Assembly: GCA_963752595.1 (NCBI GenBank)
Contig: CAVVYZ010000020.1
Coordinates: 160,334 to 224,333, forward strand
Reading direction: 5' to 3'
Origin: an uncultured delta proteobacterium
Lineage (GTDB): Bacteria; Desulfobacterota; Desulfomonilia; UBA1062
DNA: 64,000 nucleotides
A program made the translations under genes and the position numbers. The notes under the pieces are model-generated. The model worked only from the letters and a program-made list of their open reading frames with translations, was not told the origin of the DNA and did not search any database. Shown one piece after another: positions 24,732-33,943 of this stretch. Each line of letters begins with the position of its first letter. The stretch's first letter is position 1.

Positions 24732-25148
24732 GTAGTTATCATGTCCCGTGACAAGGCAAAGCAACTGGGCTGCCCGGTGCTGGCAACCGTCGGATCGCAG
24801 GCAAGTGCGGGCATCGATATGAAGTTTATCCTCGTAGCACCCACGCTTGCTATCCCCAAGGTTCTGAAAAAGGAAGGATTAAGCATCCAGGATGTCGATC
24901 TTTTCGAGATCAACGAGGCGTTTGCAGGTTCAACGGTTGCAGTCATCAGGGAATTGGGCATCGATATGGAAAAGGTCAATGTAAATGGCGGATCGATAGC
25001 CCTCGGGCATCCCATCGGAGTAAGCGGCGCACGCGTGCTCACGACTCTTCTGTACGAGATGACCAGGCGGGCCGGCAGGATCGGATTGGCTTCGCTCTGC
25101 TTGGGAGGCGGTGAGGCAGTTGCGCTCGTTGTCAGGAGGGACGTTTAG
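24732..25148 (+). pseudogene. Thiolase, 3' part
   Basis: VVIMSRDKA, EINEAFA, NVNGGSIALGHPIG, CLGGG. Confidence 0.93.
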
Positions 25149-25715
25149 CTCCTCGGGGTATGCTGGAAGGTTCATTCATATAAAGTAACAGGTCCACGAT
25201 GAAACAACCGGATATATAAATTATTGAGACGGGTTATAATGATTGAGCCTTATCCTCAAGGTAAGCCGATAAGGACAAGGCTGTGTCATGCAAAACATAT
25301 CACCCGGGAGTGTCCGCCCATTATACTGGATGAGTCGACACAATTTACAACTTTACAACCTTACGACTAATACATGATAACTCATGAAACCGGCTTCCAC
25401 CTTCCAATGGACCAATATCGTCCTTGTATATCCCTTTGATTCGCGGAGCTGGGAAAAGGATCGGCCTCCATGTTCAATGAGTTAAGTAGTGTCGATAAGT
25501 TTTATAGTGTTGCAGAACTGGATACATTGAACCATATAACTACAGGTTAAACAAATGATATCGTAAATATCGATTGTTAAGTGCTGTAGCGAACCGAGGA
25601 GTTGGTGTATTAGAGATCGCCCTTGGTGGGGATGCCGTCGAAATAATTTACGATCAAGGGGATGGATAATCCTGGCAATCTGATAACATACAGATATATC
25701 TAGCTGATTAAGGAA

Positions 25716-25731
25716 TGGCATGCAGGTTGCT
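25716..25731 (+). promoter_or_regulatory. Sigma54 (-24/-12) promoter of the PEP-CTERM gene
   Basis: TGGCATG-CAGG-TTGCT, canonical spacing. Confidence 0.8.
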
Positions 25732-25773
25732 TATATATATCTACTTTTCTATGTACAAAAGGAGATCGGAAAA

Positions 25774-26346
25774 ATGAAAAAGACTTTATTTTTATCAATT
25801 TTTCTGCTGTTATTTGCCGGTTCGGCATGGTCCCTCGCTATTACAACGACTTCAGGTACTTATGAGGCCGGGTCTGTAGACACGTTATATTCACCTGATG
25901 CGATGGCATACTTTACCTCATCTTGGGGGGGATACGCTGGATTCGACGCCGAAGTAGCATGGGCTAGAAGCATACTCGGTGCGGACATAACGATGGAAGA
26001 AGAAGATAAAAGTGAAGTAAACGCCAGTAACTGGGGTTACGGCACCGATCCTGTTACTGGGCATAGAGTATGGGGATTCAATTTTGAGGAAGATTTTGAT
26101 TATTTTATTATTAAAACTGGAATACAATGCTTAGGTGGCAATAACCACTTTGTGTACACAAATCTTGACAGTTTGTATTGGGGAGTTCTTGACCTTTCAC
26201 AAATTGGTGTAGCTGTTGAAAACATCAGGAAGGTCAGTCACATTGACGGAATTGACGGAGGAGCACCGGTCCCCGAGCCCGCAACCCTTATGCTGCTGGG
26301 CAGCGGCCTCCTTGGGCTGGCAGGATTCAGAAAAAAGATAAAATAA
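25774..26346 (+). CDS. PEP-CTERM sorting domain protein
   Basis: Signal peptide MKKTLFL..SAWS; C-terminal VPEPATLMLLGSGLLGLAGFRKKIK; AGGAG RBS. Confidence 0.95.
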   Translation: MKKTLFLSIFLLLFAGSAWSLAITTTSGTYEAGSVDTLYSPDAMAYFTSSWGGYAGFDAEVAWARSILGADITMEEEDKSEVNASNWGYGTDPVTGHRVWGFNFEEDFDYFIIKTGIQCLGGNNHFVYTNLDSLYWGVLDLSQIGVAVENIRKVSHIDGIDGGAPVPEPATLMLLGSGLLGLAGFRKKIK

Positions 26347-26367
26347 GTCTCTCTTAATACAGGTTAT

Positions 26368-26408
26368 AAAAAGGCTCAGGAGAAGAATCTTCCGGGCCTT
26401 TCCTTTTT
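26368..26408. terminator. Probable bidirectional intrinsic terminator
   Basis: AAAAAGGCTCAGGAGA..TCTTCCGGGCCTTTTCCTTTT between convergent genes. Confidence 0.55.
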
Positions 26409-26438
26409 ATGTGCATCAGCCCATTCGATTAACCGTCA

Positions 26439-27578
26439 CTACAGCAATGCCAGTCCGTCTGCCACGGCCATGCCTGCGCGAGTAGGGCGGATGATGCATC
26501 CCTCGATCTCGATGAGGCCTGCTTTGACCCACTCCTGAAACTGCCGATCTTTTTCCTTCATGAGATTGTGCCCGTACCTTCGCTCATATTCTTTCAGGTC
26601 GATCCCTTTCCTCATCCGCAGGCCCAGGAAGAGGGTCTCCATGGCAAGCTCTTCATTGCCGAGTTCTTCCGAGTTGCTGACAGGCCGTTTCCCTTCCTTC
26701 AGATCATGGATATAATCATGAAGCGATTCATGGTTCCACCACCGCCTCTTATTTTCGAAAGAATGGGCTGACGGGCCGAGGCCGAGGTAGGGGGTATGGT
26801 CCCAGTATTTCTGATTGTGCCGGGAGGCCTTGTTCATGCGCAGGGCAAAGTTTGAAATTTCATAGTGAAGGTATCCCGACTTCTCCAGGATCTCGGAAGT
26901 TTTCATGAAGAAATTGCGGCTGTGATCTCTTCCGTGCGTGGGCCGGGCTTATTCTGACCGTATCGCAGGCCCAGCGGCGTGCGGGGTTTAAGCTCCAGTT
27001 CATAGCAGGATAGATGGTCGGGTGCGAAGGCAAGGGCTTTCGCGAGGGAAACCTTCCATTTTTCGAGTCTCTGGCCGGGCAGGCTGTAGATGAGGTCGAG
27101 GCCGATGTTGTCGAAACCCGCCAGGCGGGAGGATCCCAGGGTGTTCATTGCCTGCAGGCCGTTGTGCCTTCTGCCCAGGAAGGCCAGTTCGGAATCGTCG
27201 AATGACTGGACTCCGATGTTGATCCGGTTGATTCCCATATCGTGCAGATCGCGCAGATCGTTCTGGCCCAAGTCTGCCGGGTTGACCTCGATGGTGATCT
27301 CGGAGGCAGGCAGGATGGTGAAGGTTTTCCGGACCTTTTCCAGGAGGGCCTCGATCTGCTTACAGGTCAGCAGCGATGGCGTACCGCCGCCGAGATAGAC
27401 TGGTGTCGAACCGGGTGAACTCTTCCCGGTAAGACTCGATTTCATTGAACAGTGCATCGAGGTATTCAGTGATGAGCACGGTATCCGTGGCGGAATAAAA
27501 GTCGCAGTATCCGCACTTGGTCTTGCAGAACGGGATGTGAATGTACAGCCCGGGAACCTGTTTCTCGTTCACGATCAT
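26439..27578 (-). CDS. hemW: Radical SAM heme chaperone HemW, two frameshifts
   Basis: [36 protein letters not shown]. Confidence 0.9.
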
Positions 27579-29376
27579 GAATCCGTGTCGGATTTTAACA
27601 CCGCCAGGAAGGCACTCTGTGGGATGCTGACCGAGCCGACCATCTTCATGCGCTTTTTGCCTTCTTTCTGCTTTTCCAGGAGCTTACGCTTCCGGGTGAT
27701 GTCGCCGCCGTAGCACTTGGCCGTCACGTCCTTGCGGAATGCAGAGACAGTCGAGCGGGAGATGATCTCGCCGCCGATGGCCCCCTGGATGGCGATCTTG
27801 AACATCTGCCGCGGGATTTCGTCCCTGAGCCGGTCGCATGCCAGAACACCCCGGGCGCGGGCGCGGTCGCGATGCACGATCTGGGACAGGGCATCGACCT
27901 TCTCGCCGTTTACGAGGATATCCAGGAGCACGAGGTTGCTTACCCGGTAGTCGATGAGATCGTAATCGAACGAGCCGTATCCCTGCGTCACGGATTTGAA
28001 GCGGTCGTAGAAATCGAAGATGACCTCGGCGAGCGGCATTTCATAGGTCAGCTCCACCCGGCCGGGGCTCGGATAATGCATGTTGGAGTTCACGCCGCGC
28101 TTTTCAATGCACAGGGTCATGACAGCGCCCAAATACCTTTCCGGCATCATCAATGGAAGCCCGGATGTACGGCTCTTCCGATTTTTCAATGGCCATGGGG
28201 CCCGGATAGTGAGCGGGGTTGTCCACATAGATCACCTCCCCGTTCTTCAGGGTAAACCGGTAGCGGACGCTCGGCACGGAAAGGATGATGTTGAGATCAT
28301 ATTCCCGCTCCAGGCGCTCCTGGACGATATCCAGGTGCAGCAGACCAAGGAAGCCGCACCTGAAGCCCTGACCCAGCGCAACCGAAGAATCCTTCTCGTA
28401 GATGAAGGCGGCATCGTTGAGCTTGTATTTTTCCACAGCGTCCGCGAGCTCTTCGTAGTCATCGGAGGCGATGGGATAGATCGATGCGAATACGACAGGC
28501 TTTGCTTCCTTGAAGCCGGGCAGAGGCTTGGCGCAGGGCCTGTTGTCCAGAGTGATGGTATCGCCGATGCTCACGCTGGACACGGTCTTGATGCCTGCAA
28601 TGATGTAGCCCACCTCGCCTGCGGAAAGCTCATCCCGCTTCTCGCGGGAAAGCCGGAAGTATCCCACTTCTTCCACGCGGTAGACCGAGTTGTTGAACAT
28701 GAACCGGATACTGTCGCCGGCCTTTACGGTGCCGTCGAAGACGCGGCAGTTGACCACCGTGCCGCGGTAAGCATCGTAATGGGCATCGAAGATGAGCGCT
28801 GCCAGGGGCTGCATCCGCATCGCCCTTTGGCGGCGGTATCCGCTCGACAACCGCCTCCAGGATCTCGTCGATGCCGATCCCTTCCTTGGCAGAGCACTTC
28901 AGATGAGTATCCGGGTCAAGACCGAGCTCGGAGTCGATCTGCTCGATGACCCGTTCGATATCTGCCGATGGCAGGTCGATCTTGTTGATCACCGGGATGA
29001 TCTCCAGATTGTGCTCCATGGCAAGGTAGAGGTTGGCCAGTGTCTGGGCCTGCACGCCCTGGGCGGCATCGATGAGCAGCAGGACGCCTTCGCAGGAGGC
29101 CAGCGAACGGGACACCTCATACGAGAAATCCACGTGGCCCGGCGTGTCGATGAGGTTCAGGCAGTAGGTTTTCCCGTCTTTGGCCGTATAGGGCAGAGAG
29201 ATGGCCTGGCTCTTGATCGTAATCCCCCGCTCACGCTCGATATCCATGTTGTCAAGCATCTGGTCCTTATAGGTACGGATGTCACAGACACCGGTCCGCA
29301 TGATCAGGCGGTCGGCCAGTGTGGATTTTCCATGGTCGATATGGGCAATGATGCTGAAATTACGAATGTCCTTCAT
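27575..29376 (-). CDS. lepA: Elongation factor 4 (LepA), two frameshifts
   Basis: [44 protein letters not shown]. Confidence 0.95.
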
Positions 29377-29659
29377 ATACTTTCCTCATTCGGTGTCGTA
29401 TTAGATGTGCGGCTGTTTGTCAATGCCCCGTTCCTTTTACCAGGGATGCCGGATACAAACCATTCTTTATTCGATGAATCTTCTGTTTCATCCGAATGAA
29501 TCAACGGCTGCTTTCAGCGGCAAAGATGCCAACGCAAGCTAAGGAGCGCTCGGCCCGGAACCGGGCTCTTTCTTGAATCGGTATCCCTCGGTAAGTATAG
29601 ACATTTACTGGAGATAAATCGAAAAACAGTGAATAATAACCTCCTCAGCAGGCTCCCCG

Positions 29660-30863
29660 TCAGGCCGGCAGAGTTGTCATTTCGCGGATTTTTATCATCA
29701 GCTCCTCGGGGAATGTGGTGTCGGCAGATTCGAGGATAACCCGGGGCACGCCCCCGAAGATCTCATAGGCACGGTTGAGAACAGAATCGTCCCAGACGGC
29801 ATTGAGAGGGTCTTTGACCATTGTCTCGGATGCAAATGCCTGTCCCAGTCCCCCCAGCCAGCTCACTACCATATGGTTGCCGACCCTGGGGACGATCCTG
29901 CTGGTGTCCATGTAATCATCTTTTTCCGATTCCGGCATGCTGCGCCTGTTTTCCAGGAGCCAGGCAAGCGACACCATGTCGTGGGCGACAACCGATTCCG
30001 AGGCGATCACCAGGCCGTTATCCGGCTGGAAGACGTATCCTTTGTCCGGACCGAAGGTAGCGAGTACCTTGTCTGCCGCCGTGACCACCAGCCTCTGTTT
30101 TGTCCGAAGGGTTTCCACGGTGTTTCCTTCGGCTGTCTTCTGGTGGAAGGTGGAAGCATCCCGGTGATATTCCAGGCGCGTGTCGTGGCGCCAGTAGCCC
30201 ACGGCAGCCTTCAGGCCCAGCGTGCTTCCGGCCAGTACATGCCGGCCGCACCGGGGCATGAGCACGATGTGCTGAACCTCTTTGAGGATATCCGGCATCA
30301 TGAGGCCTTTCTTCCAGTGGGAGCCTGCAGCAGGGTGCTTCTTCATAAAAGGCGTTCCATCCGGCTTCCTCGAAGAAATGCAGTTCGCCGCCCGAGGCTG
30401 TCACGGCCCCAGCCATGCCCGAAGCCTCCATCAGCGTGCGTGAGCTTCCTGAAAGGCTTGTGGAAGAGAACCTCACATGCTCCACCCCGGACATATCCCC
30501 CACGATCACCCGCTTAGCCCCTTTTTCTTTGAGGAGCTCGACCATGGCTGCAACAGCAACAGGACTGGTGGTGGCAGGATAGGGATTGCCCGAGTTGGCG
30601 ACCGGCTTGATGAAAACCGTATCGCCCCGGGACAGCCAGGAGAAGTCGGTGGCTGCTTCCGCACAGGCACGGACCGAGAGTTTCATTGCCTGATCAGACG
30701 CCCCTTTGACCGTCCCTGCAAGGAAGACTTTTGTATCGGGGCCCGGGACAAGCGGCTTGCGTTCTTCCGGCGCTTGAGAAGATGCATGAAGGTTTCTTTT
30801 AAACGGCCAGACTGCCATTGCAGAAGCTCCTACCGCCAGTTTCAGGAATTCTCTCCGTTCCAT
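29660..30863 (-). CDS. DUF362 domain protein with Tat signal, frameshift near 30345
   Basis: ERREFLK; GDTVFIKP, TLGLKAAVG, ASESVVAHD. Confidence 0.8.
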
Positions 30864-31038
30864 GGGCTCCTCCCGCTTCCTTTTTACCTGGAGTTATGAA
30901 ATATGACAAAGATATTTTAGCCTATATCCCGGGCTTTAGGGGATTATAAGAATGCCGCATGGCGAACAAGGCAGGGGATAGGGTTAAATGATCGACTCAC
31001 AAAGATAAAAGGCACTTTGAATCCGGGTTGGAACATCA

Positions 31039-32160
31039 TTATTCAAACCCCATGACCTCGTACATGCATTCTCCCGAGATTCTCTCCTGCTTTCCCTCCT
31101 GCGTAATGGTTCCATCGTAATCCGCCATTATCCTGAAGTAGGTCGGCCGGGCTACAAAGGTGCGGGCGATCCACTGTGTGGGTCCGTTCAGGTCCGACAC
31201 CGTGAGGAGGTCAACATCCTCGACAAGGGCTTTATGTCTGATATGGATATCCGCCTGGATTCCGCCTTCACTGAACTGGATATTCACCTGCCTTGGATAG
31301 TGGCGTTTCAGCACGGGATGGGTGACAAAATCCGTCTGGCGGATGGTCGGGCTTCCCGAGCCTACGAGGACGGTATCTCCCCTGGCTATGTACAGCGGCC
31401 TGGACCTGATGGTCGGATCGTAATAGTCTACATCCGCATAGATAATGGTGTACTCGCCTGCAAGGATACGGCCCCAGATCCATTTGCGGGTGATCTCGTT
31501 GAGCGGTTTCCTGCCCCAGTTGTGGTCGGCATAACCGATACCTGTTACCTGTGAGGTTACACCGTTGACGGTCAGCGTCCCTTGGATCCGGTTCCGGGCC
31601 TGGTGCACTGTCCAGAAAAAGTCGAGATTGTCCTCGTTCACGCCGTCCCCGCCTTGCGGTTTCCAGCCGGGAGCGGTTGTGACGAGCCTGAAATCGGCAC
31701 GTATTCCTTCCATATCCCACAGAACGTGATAGGTTGTATCATCCAGGCGGCGGACAAACCCGGCAGGGCACTCGACATCAACATCGCTTGTCGAGGCTTT
31801 CATCCCGCCTTCGTCCAGCGTCAGCAGACGGGTCTCCTTTGACCAGTCTTTGTTGTAAAGGGAAAACGTTACACCGGGCTTGCCGTTCGTGAAGCTCGGG
31901 TCGAGGAACACGCCGACAAAGGTCTGACCGTTGTCGAGGTGTCCGTCGAAATACCACCACTCAAAGGGTCTCTTGTCTTCGATAAGGTGCTTCGCCCTGT
32001 CTGATGCGCCCGGCGGATTCTTCCCCCAATCGATGTATGCATCCGATTTACCCACGATCTCGGCAGGCCGGTCCAGATGTGTGCATCCGCCCAGGATAAA
32101 GACAAGGGAGAGGATGAGAAAAAGGATACCGCCCATGCCGTAATACGAATTGCCCTTCAC
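31039..32160 (-). CDS. Lipoprotein with CrtC/AttH lipocalin-like domain
   Basis: LGGC lipobox; FEWWYFD, GYADHNWG, WIWGR. Confidence 0.75.
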   Translation of the reverse strand: MKGNSYYGMGGILFLILSLVFILGGCTHLDRPAEIVGKSDAYIDWGKNPPGASDRAKHLIEDKRPFEWWYFDGHLDNGQTFVGVFLDPSFTNGKPGVTFSLYNKDWSKETRLLTLDEGGMKASTSDVDVECPAGFVRRLDDTTYHVLWDMEGIRADFRLVTTAPGWKPQGGDGVNEDNLDFFWTVHQARNRIQGTLTVNGVTSQVTGIGYADHNWGRKPLNEITRKWIWGRILAGEYTIIYADVDYYDPTIRSRPLYIARGDTVLVGSGSPTIRQTDFVTHPVLKRHYPRQVNIQFSEGGIQADIHIRHKALVEDVDLLTVSDLNGPTQWIARTFVARPTYFRIMADYDGTITQEGKQERISGECMYEVMGFE

Positions 32161-32456
32161 CGCCTGGTATTTTTCCTTTCACCTCATTATTTCAGGAACC
32201 GGTCCAGATATATTCGTATGATGTATTGCTAGAATATACAATTAATTCGCTCCAGGGAAAAAGCAAGGGAGATAAGGTTCTAAGAATAGATGCAGGAAAG
32301 CTTATCGTGTTTAATATTGCATCCTTTTTGAATTCTAAGATGATATTTTTAGATCTATCTAAGTTGATGGGACAAGAAAGATGATAAAAAAATTATAGAT
32401 TTTGCGCCCATACCTTACAGCCTTGAATATGAAATCATTTTGTACAGATATCTCCT

Positions 32457-32604
32457 GAGGGTGTTGAAAAACTAAGAGGTTGAAAAGTGACAAAAAAACG
32501 ACCTCACAGAATGCCCGACATTGGAAATTTATTGATCGAGGCTTGTAGTTTTGATGGTCCCGATTTGATAGTTTTTGCACTTCCCGGAGTTTTTCAACAG
32601 CCTC
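32457..32604. mobile_element. 148-bp MITE, copy 1
   Basis: GAGGGTGTTGAAAAACT ... AGTTTTTCAACAGCCTC (16/17 inverted match); homologous to 47967-48114. Confidence 0.85.
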
Positions 32605-32657
32605 GGATGATACCTCCAAAACAGACAACCGTCCATATTCTCAGGAGGTTTAGATGT

Positions 32658-32969
32658 TCATGATAATTTTACCACGAGAAATTTTAATGTGCTCCGGCTA
32701 TCATTGTACCATGCATGCGGAACATTTGCCGGGCTTTCGATGAGGGTATCCGCGCCGACAGTAAGTTTCTCGTCGCCTATCTCAACCGCACCTTCGCCTT
32801 CGAGCACATAGAAAAAGACATACACGGGTGTTATATGGCTTTTCAAAGATTCTCCAGGCTGGAGTGTCACGTGCACGACCTGTCCTTTCGGCAGGTCCAT
32901 GATTTTCCGTGCATCTATCCTATGGGGATTCTGGAATGCCCCTGTTTCCGATACCTTTGCAATCTTCAT
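32658..32969 (-). CDS. Cupin domain protein
   Basis: LQPGESLKSH..FYVLEGEG, PANVPHAWYN. Confidence 0.88.
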   Translation of the reverse strand: MKIAKVSETGAFQNPHRIDARKIMDLPKGQVVHVTLQPGESLKSHITPVYVFFYVLEGEGAVEIGDEKLTVGADTLIESPANVPHAWYNDSRSTLKFLVVKLS

Positions 32970-33016
32970 ACGTCATCTCCTCGCATCGTTTTACTATCTT
33001 TCAATCATATGAGTGG

Positions 33017-33046
33017 CTGCCGCTGAAGGTGAGCCTTCAGCGGCAG
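33017..33046. terminator. Perfect 13-bp stem hairpin between DUF6448 and cupin
   Basis: CTGCCGCTGAAGG-TGAG-CCTTCAGCGGCAG. Confidence 0.55.
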
Positions 33047-33060
33047 ATATTCAGACAGCA

Positions 33061-33697
33061 CTATTCCCCATGCTGATGCTTAGGGGCAGGATTCTCATCA
33101 CCCCCCTCATGGTGTGCCGTTTCTGCGGCTGCCTTGTCGTAGAGGTGCCTTCCACGTAGTGGACATACGGCACGTATGCTCCGACATACTCCCGGCCTGC
33201 CTCTACACTGTGTGGCGCATGCTTCTTGAGTTTCATGGCGCGTTCGAAGCGGTGCCTGATCCCCTCTGCTGTTTTTTTCATTTACCAGCTTCACGAGCGG
33301 TTCGACAGATCCGGGTTCAAGGGTCTTGTCGGCACCCTTCACGGCGGGCCCGAGGTCGGTGCCCGCAGGCTTGATGCCCGTATACGGCGCCCCTTCTCCT
33401 TCACGGTGGATGCGAACCAGTGTCTCGAAGAAATACCTGTCCGCAAATGCTTTTGCCTGCGGGCTCAGCTTCCGGACACTCAGGGTTTCCTGGAATGCAT
33501 GCCGGATCTCCGCCTCATCCTTCTTCTGCACCCGGACAAGCACATGATCCACCTTGCCGGTATCAAGAGCCTTCCGAGCATCGGAGACCACAGGGCCTCC
33601 CATCGTGTCGCAGTGGGCAGATGCATTCCCGGGTGCGAGGGCCGATAAACCGAGAGCAACGAAAACAACAGCCGATAATGTTACGTTTTTCCTCCAA
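33061..33697 (-). CDS. DUF6448-like secreted protein, frameshifted; start approximate
   Basis: Signal ending ASA|HCDTMGGPVV; FFETLVRIHREGEGAPYTGIKP; GREYVGAYVPYVHYVE. Confidence 0.75.
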
Positions 33698-33794
33698 CAC
33701 CTCCTCTTCGTTTTCTTTTCATCATAATCATTTACGAAGACAGGTAATTGACCCGGGTCAAGAAGCTTTCTCCGTGTACATTTTATTCTCCGGG

Positions 33795-33943
33795 CAATAA
33801 GGATGGCTGCAACGACAACCTGGTCATGAAAGAGCACAGTCCGATCCGGGAAGGCCTTATCGGATGTACGGGACCCATGATTCTCGCAAGGTGGTAAACT
33901 TCTCTATGCCGATTCCCGGTAAGTTTTATCATGTCGATTTACA
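33795..33943 (-). mobile_element. IS21 remnant: terminal inverted repeat plus short istB fragment
   Basis: GGTGGTAAACTTCTC...TTTTATCATGTCGATTTACA (33890-33943) resembles the IS ends at 22439 and 39854; minus-strand TSDKAFPDRTVLFHDQVVVAAIL matches IstB. Confidence 0.75.

Noticed and set aside
32340-32653. Gene interrupted by MITE copy 1
   Set aside because: Removing the MITE gives a short open stretch but no start codon or recognisable family.
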